A stretch of DNA of 64,000 bases from Fimbriimonadia bacterium (GCA_041483895.1 JBGPGO010000016.1:14952-78951), one strand, 5' to 3'. Shown: positions 17,559-27,285, counted from the first letter of the stretch. The notes: generated by a model not told the origin, from the sequence alone. Translations and numbers: made by a program.

Positions 17559-20504
17559 CTAAGAAGAAAGTTGGGCGTCCAAGACTGCGGGGGCATGGGC
17601 CAATGCGTCGGCCAGCTTCGACGGATCTTTGCCGCCTGCCTGCGCAAAATCGGGCCTGCCGCCTCCGGAACCGCCCGCGATTTTGGCGACTTCGCGCACC
17701 AGGTTGCCGGCGTGCGCGCCCATGGCCTGAGCTTCCGGCGATACTTTGGCGACGAAGAGAACCTTGCCATCCGACTCCGCGCCGACCAGCACCACTGCCC
17801 CTTTGTTCTGGTTGGCGAGGTTGTCTGCCACAGTCCCGGCGGCGCTTGCTGGCAGGCCTTCCAGCTTTTGCGTGACCAGCGGCACACCTTTTACATTTGT
17901 GATTGTCGCGCCGCTTTGCCCTGCTCCGCCGCTGATCGCCTTTTCCAACTGCTGCCGCAGGTCGCGAGCCTCTTGGTGCAATTTTTCTACCGCCGTTTTG
18001 AGATCATTTGGGTTGGATTTCAGACCCGTAGCGATGTCTTTGACGAGGCTGTCGCGTTGCAGCAGATAATCATATACGCCTTTGCCCGTGACTGCCTCGA
18101 TGCGGCGCACTCCGCCCGCTGCGCTGCTCTCATGCGTGATTTTGAACAGGTCGATGTTGCCCGTGTTTTTCACATGACAACCGCCGCATAGCTCGATGGA
18201 AAATCCGGGCACTTCGACCATTCGCACCGTGTCGCCGTACTTCTCGCCGAACAGCGCCATCGCACCCTTCGCCTTTGCCTCCGCGATTGGTACGTCGTTA
18301 TAGATGGTGACGTCGATTTCGCGGAAGATCCACTCATTGACGAGTCGCTCCACTGCGTTCAACTCCTCCGGTATCATAGCGGCGCCGTGGGTGAAGTCGA
18401 ATCGCAGATAGTCCGGGGCGACGAGCGACCCTGCTTGCCGCACATGATCGCCCAGGGTTTTTCTGAGCGCGGCGTGGAGGAGATGTGTTGCGGTGTGGTT
18501 GCGGACGATGTTCCGGCGTCGCTCCGCGTCCACCTCTGCGGTGACATCCTGGAACAGGTAACCGGATTTCAGCAGTTCAATTTGCTCTTCTCTGAAGGGC
18601 TCCGTTCTGGAGGGCTCCGTTCTGGAGGGCTCCGTTCCATCGGAGCCATTTTCTTTATCCCCCTCGGCTCCGATGGAACGGAGCCCTCCAACTATCGGCT
18701 TGTGGCTGCGGACGACCTCGCACCGGTGCCACCAGATGCCTTCGGCCTTCTGCGTATCCACGACGCGGAGCTCGAATGCGTCGCAGAAGATTCGGCCCGT
18801 ATCACCGACCTCGCCACCGGATTCGGCATAGAACGGCGTCTCGGCGAGGGCGACATCGAACTGCTTCGCGGGCTGATCGTCGGCGAGGAAGACGGGGCTG
18901 ATTTGTACAAGTTTCGATTGAATACTTGTACAATCATATCCGACGAAATCCGTGTACGGCTTAGCATCACTTGCGGTGAATAGCATAACTCTATTGGTAA
19001 ATACCTGACCAGTGATTTCCTGGTGAGAGCGGGACCTTTCCCGTTGATCTTTGAGCGCGTGTTCGAAACCTCGCTTATCGACGTTGCCACCAAGCCGCTC
19101 CGCTAGTTCTTCTGTTAGTTCTAATGGGAAACCGAATGTGTCATATAGTTCGAAGGCGATCGCACCAGGCAGAATCCATGGCTCGAAGATTCCGATTGCC
19201 GACAGCATGGTAGGGCCGAATTCTAGAGTCACAACTTTCGCCGTGCCGTCTGGCATCCGGATGGCGAGTCCTATTTTCGGCGAGATACCATCGTAACCAA
19301 TACCTCCTGGCTCGGACCCAGGAACATTGCTAGCCCACAACTGGTTCATCAGATGACCAGTCTTTAAATGAAAGTGAATGGCTCCATCAGTAACCGTTCG
19401 TCTAAATAATGACTCCTCACTGTCAAGGACTGTCTTGATTTGATCAAACTGGTCAGAAAGCTCCGAATAATGATCGCCTAGGGTTTCTCTTGCGACTAAG
19501 GCGACCTTGGACAAGAAGTTCGCCCTAAATTGCAAGTAGAGCTGACCCTTGAGCACGGCCCGCCGTATTAGTCTGCGCAGAACATATCCTCGTCCTGTGT
19601 TAGCTGGAAATACACCGTCCGCAATGCAAAACGAAGCTGCGCGGAGGTGATCCGTGATAATCCGTGCGGCGGCAAGTGCCGATGGATCGGATAAGTCATT
19701 CCCCGATAGCTCCGACACGCGGTCCATGATCGGCTTCATCGTATCGATCTGATAGACATCGGAAAATCCGCCCAGCACCGTGGTCGTTCGCTCCAGCCCC
19801 ATGCCGGTATCGATGCACGGCTTCGGCAGCGGGACCAACTCCACATCTTTGGTCAGATCATCCGGATCCGACCGCCGCTCGAACTGCATGAAAACGTTGT
19901 TCCAAATCTCCAGCCACCGACCAGCGTCCGCATCCACCAAATAGTCCCCCGCCAACTCGGAATCCGGCACGGTCTGAAAAAAGATCTCGGAACAAGGGCC
20001 GCAGGGTCCGTTGGGGCCCTCCGACGGCGCGCCCGCCGGCCAAAAATTTTTGTCCTCGTCTAACCGCACAATCTTCGATTCCGGCAGACCCAGCTTGCGC
20101 CATATGGCAAACGCCTCATCGTCATCCTTATAGACGGTGACGCACAGCTTGGCCGGATCCAGCGCCAGCCATTGCGGCGAGGTGAGAAATTCCCACGACC
20201 ATTTCAGCGCATCTTCCTTGAAATAGTCGAAGATGCTGAAGTTCCCGAGCATTTCAAAAAATGTAAGGTGCGATGCATTCCCAACCTCTTCAATATCGGT
20301 CGTCCGAAGGCATTTTTGGCAACTGGTGATCCGCGGGAACGGCGCCTTGGCCGCGCCGCTGATGTACGGCTTGAACTGGACCATACCCGCCGATGTGAAC
20401 AAGAGCGAGGGGTCGTCCGGCACTAGGCTGTCGCTCGGCAGGCGATGATGGCCCTTGCCGTCGAAAAACTCCAGGAATTTGCTGCGTAGCTCTCGCGCGT
20501 TCAT
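17559..20504 (-). CDS. alaS: Alanine--tRNA ligase with two internal insertions (981 aa)
   Basis: FTSAGMVQFK, FFEMLGNFS, IDTGMGLER, LYDTFGFP, HTATHLLH, ELCGGCH, GGGRPDFAQAGG. Confidence 0.98.
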   Translation of the reverse strand: MNARELRSKFLEFFDGKGHHRLPSDSLVPDDPSLLFTSAGMVQFKPYISGAAKAPFPRITSCQKCLRTTDIEEVGNASHLTFFEMLGNFSIFDYFKEDALKWSWEFLTSPQWLALDPAKLCVTVYKDDDEAFAIWRKLGLPESKIVRLDEDKNFWPAGAPSEGPNGPCGPCSEIFFQTVPDSELAGDYLVDADAGRWLEIWNNVFMQFERRSDPDDLTKDVELVPLPKPCIDTGMGLERTTTVLGGFSDVYQIDTMKPIMDRVSELSGNDLSDPSALAAARIITDHLRAASFCIADGVFPANTGRGYVLRRLIRRAVLKGQLYLQFRANFLSKVALVARETLGDHYSELSDQFDQIKTVLDSEESLFRRTVTDGAIHFHLKTGHLMNQLWASNVPGSEPGGIGYDGISPKIGLAIRMPDGTAKVVTLEFGPTMLSAIGIFEPWILPGAIAFELYDTFGFPLELTEELAERLGGNVDKRGFEHALKDQRERSRSHQEITGQVFTNRVMLFTASDAKPYTDFVGYDCTSIQSKLVQISPVFLADDQPAKQFDVALAETPFYAESGGEVGDTGRIFCDAFELRVVDTQKAEGIWWHRCEVVRSHKPIVGGLRSIGAEGDKENGSDGTEPSRTEPSRTEPFREEQIELLKSGYLFQDVTAEVDAERRRNIVRNHTATHLLHAALRKTLGDHVRQAGSLVAPDYLRFDFTHGAAMIPEELNAVERLVNEWIFREIDVTIYNDVPIAEAKAKGAMALFGEKYGDTVRMVEVPGFSIELCGGCHVKNTGNIDLFKITHESSAAGGVRRIEAVTGKGVYDYLLQRDSLVKDIATGLKSNPNDLKTAVEKLHQEARDLRQQLEKAISGGAGQSGATITNVKGVPLVTQKLEGLPASAAGTVADNLANQNKGAVVLVGAESDGKVLFVAKVSPEAQAMGAHAGNLVREVAKIAGGSGGGRPDFAQAGGKDPSKLADALAHAPAVLDAQLSS
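18591..18690. repeat. Family B palindromic repeat inside alaS
   Basis: Perfect 25-bp inverted repeat 18623-18647 / 18666-18690 plus a 3x15-bp tandem at 18591-18635. Confidence 0.92.
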
Positions 20505-20525
20505 GATGGAGCCGGGATTCTACCC

Positions 20526-20579
20526 GTAACCCTGCCTTCCAGGCGGCATTGGTCGTTGCCGGGAGGATGCCAGCGTTAC
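20526..20579. repeat. Family C repeat, inverted pair
   Basis: GTAACCCTGCCTTCCAGGCGGCAT...TGCCGGGAGGATGCCAGCGTTAC. Confidence 0.8.
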
Positions 20580-21691
20580 ATGTTTGGAATCAGCCGGAGC
20601 AGGGAACAGCCGTGTGGATCCACATGCGCCGAGTAACTGCCTCGAAAGACCCCAGCATCCTGCCCCGCCCAGACGTCCCGGACGAGGCAATGCTGACGAT
20701 CGGGAAGCCCCAGACTCTCCCACGCCACGCCAATCAGCCGCTGCTCCGTCTGCCGATTGAAAAGCCCCACCCCAATCGACCCATCCGCCAGCGGCTTGGC
20801 CCACACCTCGCCGAACAGCCAACTTTCACCCACCCGATACCCCTGCCGCCCGAGCGGGTCCTGATTGATCGCGATGGCCTCCTGGTTGGCCAGGATCCGT
20901 TTCGTCTCCGTCGATATCGAACGCACATCGCAGCCAATCATTAGCGGCGAGGCCAGCAGGCACCAAAGGCTGAAATGGGTCCGATATTCCGTATCCGTGC
21001 AGCCCCCTTGGCCGACGTTGCCTTTGCCATACATCCCGACCACCAGCATGTCGGGATCGTTCCAATGGTTTGGGCCGGCATAGCACTCCAATCCCTTCTG
21101 GCCAAAACCGGTCTTTTCGATGCTCTCCCAGGAATCGACGAAGTCCGGGGTCGTGCGCCACATGTGCCCGCCGGCGCTTGCCGCCCATTTCCACGGCTCG
21201 TTGCGTCCCCAATTACAAATACTGTATACTATTGGTCGGCCGGTGGAACGGAGCGCTTGCCCCATGCGGCGATACAGCATCGGGCCGTCCACGCCTTCCG
21301 GCTTGTAGCAGTAATCGTGTTTTAGGAAGTCGATCTCCCAAGCGGCAAAGGTTTGGGCATCCAGCTCCTCGTTCGCGAAGCTGCCCGGCATTCCGGCACA
21401 GGTGTGGGTTCCGACGCACGAGTACATGCCAAACCTCAAGCCCAACCTATGCAGGTGGTCCGCCAGCGGCTTCATGCCACGGGGAAATTTATGCGGGTCT
21501 GGCTGGAGGCGGCCGTCCTCGCCGCGCCCCAGTGCGTGCCACAGATCATCGAGCACGACATAGCGATATCCGGCGTCCATCAGGTGCTCGTCTCGAAAGG
21601 CTTGCGCCGTCTCGCGGATCAGTTCCTCAGAGATGTTGCCGCCGAAGGTGTTCCAGGAGTTCCAGCCCATGGGGGGAGTGGGTGCGAGCAT
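20576..21691 (-). CDS. Alpha-galactosidase, GH27
   Basis: TPPMGWNSWN, LDDLW, DFLKHDYC, WNDPDML. Confidence 0.93.
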   Translation of the reverse strand: MLAPTPPMGWNSWNTFGGNISEELIRETAQAFRDEHLMDAGYRYVVLDDLWHALGRGEDGRLQPDPHKFPRGMKPLADHLHRLGLRFGMYSCVGTHTCAGMPGSFANEELDAQTFAAWEIDFLKHDYCYKPEGVDGPMLYRRMGQALRSTGRPIVYSICNWGRNEPWKWAASAGGHMWRTTPDFVDSWESIEKTGFGQKGLECYAGPNHWNDPDMLVVGMYGKGNVGQGGCTDTEYRTHFSLWCLLASPLMIGCDVRSISTETKRILANQEAIAINQDPLGRQGYRVGESWLFGEVWAKPLADGSIGVGLFNRQTEQRLIGVAWESLGLPDRQHCLVRDVWAGQDAGVFRGSYSAHVDPHGCSLLRLIPNM

Positions 21692-21790
21692 GAGGGTATG
21701 GTTCTGCGCGGGTCCCGCATTCCTGCTTCTCGCCAGAGTCCGATAATAAGTATTATGTTAAGTACAGGCTTCTGGTAGAATGCAAGATAT

Positions 21791-22117
21791 ATGACCCTTC
21801 GGATAAAGCTTGAACAGGACTTCAAGGCATTGGCAGCTAAGAAGGCAAAGGAAAACGGTCAATCCATAGAGGAATTCTGTGAAACCGTACTTGAGACGGC
21901 TCTGCAAAGGGAGATTGGCCGGACGGCACCGACGAACAAGCATTCTGCGGCTAAAAGTGATAAGCCGGTCGGTGCGAGAATAGTCGAGAGTCTTCGCAGG
22001 GCCGGGGTTATAGGCAAACCTTGGCCCGAAAGCGGGCCTGATTCGCAACTGAGTGGGCCGGCACTGGCGCGTCGGCTGCGCAAAAGGTCATCGGTCGGCA
22101 AACGATTTTCAAAATGA
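21791..22117 (+). CDS. Putative antitoxin (ribbon-helix-helix-like N-terminus)
   Basis: Small ORF overlapping a PIN gene by ATGA; N-terminus LRIKLEQD..LAAKKAKENGQSIEE. Confidence 0.6.
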   Translation: MTLRIKLEQDFKALAAKKAKENGQSIEEFCETVLETALQREIGRTAPTNKHSAAKSDKPVGARIVESLRRAGVIGKPWPESGPDSQLSGPALARRLRKRSSVGKRFSK

Positions 22118-22503
22118 TGCTCCTTGATTCTGATGTTTGCATCGATATTCTGCGCGAATTTCCACCGGCGATTGACTGGCTTAGCAGGCTAACGGAATAC
22201 CCATTGATAGCCGGCCCCGCAGCTCTTGAACTCGTTATGGGTTGCCAATCCAACAATGAACTTCGGCGCTTAGCGGCGTTCCTGAAAAGGTTTGAGATTG
22301 CTTGGCCAAATGATATCGATCAACAGAGGGCGTTAAGGACGATCAGTAGGCACTACCTCAGCAATTCAATGGGCGCCGTTGATGCTTTGATCGCGGAGAC
22401 GGCCAAAGGGTCGAAGCTGATACTTTGCACTTTCAATCTGAAGCATTTCAATGACGTCGCCGGGCTCAAAATCCAATCTCCCTACAAGCGAAGCGGAAGA
22501 TGA
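22114..22503 (+). CDS. PIN-domain (VapC-like) toxin
   Basis: LLDSDVCID, ELVMG, DALIAETA, TFNLKHF. Confidence 0.9.
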   Translation: MMLLDSDVCIDILREFPPAIDWLSRLTEYPLIAGPAALELVMGCQSNNELRRLAAFLKRFEIAWPNDIDQQRALRTISRHYLSNSMGAVDALIAETAKGSKLILCTFNLKHFNDVAGLKIQSPYKRSGR

Positions 22504-23822
22504 ATCACGATTGGGACATTATCGTCTGCGGTGGCGGGACGGCGGGGGCGGTCGCGGGGATCGCCGCCGCGCGGGAGGGCGCAAAGACCCTGATCGTCGA
22601 GCAGTTCGGCGCGCTCGGCGGCACGCAGACGCAAGGTTGGGTCACCCCCATGATGCCCAACTTCATCGGCACAACCCAGCTATGCCAAGGCCTGGACGCG
22701 GAGATACGCCGCCGCCACGCCGCCATCCATCCCGGCCCGCCGGAGGAGCACAACGCCCAGTCTTGGTACAACCCGCACATCGTCACCATGATTCTGGACG
22801 GCCTGGCGGAAGAGCACGGCACTTCCCTGCTTTTCCATTCCAACGTTATCTCCGTTACTAAATCTGCCGACGGCTGGATCGTCACAGTCGCCAACAAGAG
22901 CGGCCTCACCGACCACGCCTGCAAGATCGTCATCGATGCCACCGGCGACGCGGACGCGGTGCGGCTGGCGGGCGGCGAACTGTTTTCCGGCGACGACGAG
23001 GGCCGCCACCAGCCGATGACCCTGCGCTTTACCATCGCCAATGTGGACTTCGCCGCGGTTGCCGCCGACCTGGCGACGCTGGGCATCAACACCAAGCCGC
23101 CGCTTCTCTATTGCGGCTTTGCGGAGGCGACTGACAGCCCATTGGGCGATCGCGTGCGGCAGGCCTTGGCGGATGGCGTTTTGGAAGAGGGCGACTTGGG
23201 CTATTTCCAGTTTTTCGGAATTCTGGGGCGGCCCCGAGAGCTGGCGTTCAACTGCCCGCGCCTGCTGGGCTTCGATGGCGCGTCGGCGGAGGACCTGTCG
23301 CGGGCGCAGATTCTGGGGCGAAAGAAAATCCACCGCATTCACCAATTTCTCACGCGCTATATGCCCGGGTTTTCGGATAGCTACGTCGGGACGATTGCGC
23401 CGATGGTGGGGGTGCGCGAGAGCCGGCGGATCGTGGGAGAGTATGTGCTGACGGAGGAGGACTGCCTTTCCGCGCGCAAGTTCGAGGACCCGGTGGCGAG
23501 GTGCAACTATCCGGTGGATGTGCACAATCCTTCCGGCCCCGGTGTGGTGCTGAAGAAGATCCCCGCCGGGGATTATTATGAGATTCCCTACCGCTGCCTC
23601 ATTCCAAAAAACCTGCCCAACTTCCTGGTCGCCGGCCGCTGCCTGTCGGCTACTTTTAATGCGCAGTCCTCTGCCCGCATCCAACCCGTCTGCCGTGCGA
23701 TGGGCGAGGCCGCAGGCATTGCGGGGGCATTGTGCGTGGTTCGAAATGTAATCCCGACTGCACTTGCGTATCCAGAACTGCTCGAGCGATTGGACTGCCG
23801 GGAAATATTCGCGCCGCGCTAA
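22500..23822 (+). CDS. FAD-dependent oxidoreductase
   Basis: CGGGTAG, IDATGDAD, GVRESRRIVG, YEIPYRCL, VAGRCLS. Confidence 0.9.
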   Translation: MNHDWDIIVCGGGTAGAVAGIAAAREGAKTLIVEQFGALGGTQTQGWVTPMMPNFIGTTQLCQGLDAEIRRRHAAIHPGPPEEHNAQSWYNPHIVTMILDGLAEEHGTSLLFHSNVISVTKSADGWIVTVANKSGLTDHACKIVIDATGDADAVRLAGGELFSGDDEGRHQPMTLRFTIANVDFAAVAADLATLGINTKPPLLYCGFAEATDSPLGDRVRQALADGVLEEGDLGYFQFFGILGRPRELAFNCPRLLGFDGASAEDLSRAQILGRKKIHRIHQFLTRYMPGFSDSYVGTIAPMVGVRESRRIVGEYVLTEEDCLSARKFEDPVARCNYPVDVHNPSGPGVVLKKIPAGDYYEIPYRCLIPKNLPNFLVAGRCLSATFNAQSSARIQPVCRAMGEAAGIAGALCVVRNVIPTALAYPELLERLDCREIFAPR

Positions 23823-24160
23823 GTCATCGCAGTCGCTCGTCGCTTCGCTCCTAGACTTTGTTGCGAAGTCCTGCATGTCGCACGCACGGCGGGTGCCCAG
23901 AAATGAAATCGCGCCCGAGCTACCTGTTGACGAATTTCGTGAGAATCTAATGCAATTTCGCCAAATCTAGTGTCAGAGACTTGACAGCCTACAACCGCTT
24001 GAATCACAATCTGGCGTTAAGTTCTAATGTGGCCAGCCCGATTGGGCCAGATCGCTGTACGTTGCAGTATGACCTATCGAGACTTGACCGCAAGATGCCA
24101 TTCGCGCCGTCGGCCCGAAGCGGCCAGAACTTTCCATTAGATCATAAAGGAGAAGCAATA

Positions 24161-24580
24161 ATGAAGGTCAGCTATGCTGTCCTAGCAGACGGAGCGAATG
24201 TGTCCCTCGAGGGCAAGCCCAACATACTCGGCGTCCTCGATACAATCAATTCGCCGGTATTTCCGTGCAACTATCCTGCACTAAGTCTCGTGTTCGGAGT
24301 CGAACTGGGAGCAGCGGAGCGCGTGGATACCAAAGCCCTGGAAGTCATCATTATCGATGATGATGGTAAGGACATTGCCCACCTAAACGGGCAGTTCCCG
24401 CCTCGAGATGAAAATCAGCGGCACCGTACTACGACGCATTTGGTCGTGAATTTCGCGGGCCTTTTGATTCCGCATCCTGGCTCGTACAGCGTCAACATTC
24501 TTGTCGCTGGCGAGGAGAAGGCGACGTTACCATTGACGATCAACCAATTGCGCCCGGACGGCCAACGCCGAGCGGGGTAG
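24161..24580 (+). CDS. Hypothetical beta-sandwich protein (DUF6941-like)
   Basis: AAGGAG upstream of ATG 24161; LAD.A...GK.NILG and PGSYSV pattern recalled from that family. Confidence 0.6.
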   Translation: MKVSYAVLADGANVSLEGKPNILGVLDTINSPVFPCNYPALSLVFGVELGAAERVDTKALEVIIIDDDGKDIAHLNGQFPPRDENQRHRTTTHLVVNFAGLLIPHPGSYSVNILVAGEEKATLPLTINQLRPDGQRRAG

Positions 24581-24666
24581 CACTCGACGAGTAATGCGAA
24601 TTTCGCAGAAGTGAGCTATTGAACCGCACTCGGGCGTAGTTCACAACGACTACGGAATCCTTTCTA

Positions 24667-24707
24667 GCCCTCCGGGTATCGCAGCCCGGAGGGCAATTTG
24701 TTTTTTG
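24667..24707 (+). terminator. Intrinsic terminator
   Basis: 10-bp stem GCCCTCCGGG/CCCGGAGGGC followed by a T-rich tract. Confidence 0.75.
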
Positions 24708-24759
24708 TGTAGTTCCCGGGCCCCTGCATGAACGTTTGGGTGGCGGGTAAACTTTTGTT

Positions 24760-25500
24760 ATGACAAGCGGGACAGCTCTAACGAAAGAGCAGCGCGACTA
24801 CCTGCTAGAGTCCGTCATTCCGTACGAGTTAGTAGGCGTAATTGACGGGGCATCAAGGACGGCAAATCCCAAACTGGACCAGCAGATGCGGAATCATGTC
24901 CTCGATTCGTTCGCCATCCACGCAAGGAATTTGTACGATTTCTTCTTCCCCGGACCAAACCGAAGGGTCGGGGACATCACCGCAGACGCGATCAGCCCTG
25001 GGTTCCAGCCTGTCAAGGACCACAAATTGGACCAGCAGGACGTGTTTGTCAAAGCCAGCACGCTTGTTGCCCACATTTCGGTCGAACGCGTGAATAAGCT
25101 GATCAATCCTGAGTACACAGAATGGCAGCACTGGGGTGTAACTCGCATCGCCGCGTTCTTCTACAATCTTGGCTGCCAATTCTATAAAAGCACTGGTCTG
25201 ACGTATCCTCTACCGAAGGCGACTCCGACACCGAAGTGTCACGTGATCCTGCTTTCTGACATTGAGGATGCAGGTTTGGAAATTGGCTTTGTAGGAGTTG
25301 TCGTTGACGTGCCAAGAGCAGGAGAAGTAGAGGTCGGCTTTGCTGTAAATGGCGGACTGGGATGCATATCAAAAAGTGTTGTGGCGAGCGAATCGTATTT
25401 CCTCGTACTCGCTCAGTACGATGTGTCAGGGTCTAGGGTATCGGCGGGCGGTGGGTGGTCGGAGGGAGTGAACCCCGACACATCGCAGTTGGCGCCATGA
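24760..25500 (+). CDS. Hypothetical protein: helical N-domain, DUF4926-like C-domain, repeat-derived tail
   Basis: 246-aa ORF; VILLSDI...GL..G.VGVVVDV....VEVGF resembles DUF4926; last ~27 codons cross a family A repeat. Confidence 0.6.
   Translation: MTSGTALTKEQRDYLLESVIPYELVGVIDGASRTANPKLDQQMRNHVLDSFAIHARNLYDFFFPGPNRRVGDITADAISPGFQPVKDHKLDQQDVFVKASTLVAHISVERVNKLINPEYTEWQHWGVTRIAAFFYNLGCQFYKSTGLTYPLPKATPTPKCHVILLSDIEDAGLEIGFVGVVVDVPRAGEVEVGFAVNGGLGCISKSVVASESYFLVLAQYDVSGSRVSAGGGWSEGVNPDTSQLAP
25423..25481 (+). repeat. Family A repeat (59 bp)
   Basis: GTGTCAGGGTCTAGGGTATCGGC...GAACCCCGACAC. Confidence 0.8.
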
Positions 25501-25586
25501 CGACCAATCAATGCACTGCTCGCGGTCCCGACAGAGACCCCCAGTCAGTTGAACGATGGATTCGTCAGAGCCTCTCACCGACGTGA

Positions 25587-26255
25587 TTATTGAGGTATAC
25601 CATCATCCCCTTCATCCGATTCGCCTGGTAATTGGGGTTGTACCTCCTCGGCGAGCGCAACGGTCGCATCTTCTATGAGGTGGCGATCCTGGAGTTTACC
25701 AAGTCCCCTAAGAGGTAGCACGATCTGCTGGCTTGTTAGAGAGCGAATTTCATCGTCGGTGTATCCCAAACTTCTGAGGATATCAATTCGCTCGCGTACG
25801 GCTTGATTTTCTAGGATCGTGTTCTCATGCTCTGCCTTCCGATGCAGAATGTCGTCTCGCCATTCCTTGTCCTTAATTCGTTCGTGTCGATCATTCACAT
25901 AATCCCTTATGGTCTCCAAGGGGCTGAGGGCACCAACAAATTCCCAAAATCCAGGCGACGCAAGCTGCACGGCCGACAATTCGAGTGGCACAGCGTCGAA
26001 GAATGGATCGATAAAGTACTGAGAGCCGGGATAGCCCAGCAATTCGTAACCGAATAGCGAAACCAGTTTATTCTGGCGGGGTAAAGGAATGTACTGGTCG
26101 ATTTGCTGAACCGCCGCGACGAATGAATCGAATCGGGATATCGAGTTGTAGGCCTGCTCAAACGATAGCAATATATCCCTCGCATCCTCGACGGCGATGC
26201 CACCGTGGCTATTTAATCGCAATCTTGTCATTTCACTTGGCATAGGTGTCTTCAC
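25587..26255 (-). CDS. Hypothetical protein
   Basis: 222-aa ORF in the accessory patch; no family recognised with confidence. Confidence 0.65.
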   Translation of the reverse strand: MKTPMPSEMTRLRLNSHGGIAVEDARDILLSFEQAYNSISRFDSFVAAVQQIDQYIPLPRQNKLVSLFGYELLGYPGSQYFIDPFFDAVPLELSAVQLASPGFWEFVGALSPLETIRDYVNDRHERIKDKEWRDDILHRKAEHENTILENQAVRERIDILRSLGYTDDEIRSLTSQQIVLPLRGLGKLQDRHLIEDATVALAEEVQPQLPGESDEGDDGIPQ

Positions 26256-26521
26256 CCCTCACTTCTCCACGCTTGGCGAAGGATATTATGCCATCCTTCG
26301 ACAATCAAATTGTTGAGAGGCTTTCTGGATCGCGTCGTTGGGGCCACTGCAGCCCACTCGATGAGCGGCTCATGGTCTTTGCACCCACCACAGATTCTTT
26401 TGAACCAAGGGTTCGGCAGAGCCGCTCAACAATATGATTGCCGAGCGATGCATTCCGGCGCGAAAATGGCCCGATAGGAGTATAATGTCGGTTACGTTTT
26501 ACTTTGTTTTGGAGGTTTGAC

Positions 26522-27073
26522 GTGAACACCAGACTTACTTGGCTACTCGTTTCAGTTTCCGCCGTTTCGCTACTGTTTTCCGGCGCCGTCCTGGTTTCCC
26601 GGCCACTGTCCGCCCAAAAGGTTGACGCGATTCCTCTATGGAGTTCACTGCCGAGACAGTCGGAGCTGTGGAGCATGTCCACACACAACCACCCCGGAGC
26701 TACGTGGGTGCCGTACGACACCCCACCAACAGCGACTTGGTACTTGGAGTTCACCGTTCCAAAGACCGGCCCGCGCCCTGTTGTTACCCGCGTTGGAGGA
26801 GCGTATGAGAACACCCAGTATGGCGTTTCTTACTACAATGACTTGACGCGCCGACGATCTGACGGTGTTTGGGCGTACGTGTTTTTTTTGGAGTCGTATG
26901 GCGAGCCATCTCTTGTCACGAACGGACTCCTCTTGCTTCCGGGGCAGTACCGCATGACAGTTTATTTTAGGAACAGCATCGGCGAAGAAGCGCCGGTTTC
27001 CGATCCCGAAGCGTTCATTTCTGAACACGACTGCTACACGATGTTCCTGAGCGGCTACTGGGCGTTGCCCTGA
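26522..27073 (+). CDS. Hypothetical exported or membrane-anchored protein
   Basis: TATAAT and GGAGG upstream of GTG 26522; hydrophobic N-terminus. Confidence 0.65.
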   Translation: MNTRLTWLLVSVSAVSLLFSGAVLVSRPLSAQKVDAIPLWSSLPRQSELWSMSTHNHPGATWVPYDTPPTATWYLEFTVPKTGPRPVVTRVGGAYENTQYGVSYYNDLTRRRSDGVWAYVFFLESYGEPSLVTNGLLLLPGQYRMTVYFRNSIGEEAPVSDPEAFISEHDCYTMFLSGYWALP

Positions 27074-27108
27074 GAACACCACGGCCACTTGGTGAATGCG
27101 GACCGGAT

Positions 27109-27167
27109 GTGTCGGGGTCTTGGGTATCGGCGCGCGATGGGTGGTCGGAAATAGTGAACCCCGGCAC
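27109..27167 (+). repeat. Family A repeat (59 bp)
   Basis: GTGTCGGGGTCTTGGGTATCGGC...GAACCCCGGCAC. Confidence 0.85.
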
Positions 27168-27226
27168 ATCGCGGGCGGGGGGTAGGCGGCCAGTTCGGGG
27201 CCGGTATCCGGCGCAACAATTGGTCA

Positions 27227-27285
27227 TATAGGACTTATAGGACTTATACGACCTATAGGACCTATGCGGCCTATTGGACCTATAA
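27227..27285 (+). repeat. 9-bp tandem array TATAGGACY x6
   Basis: tataggact tataggact tatacgacc tataggacc tatgcggcc tattggacc. Confidence 0.9.
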
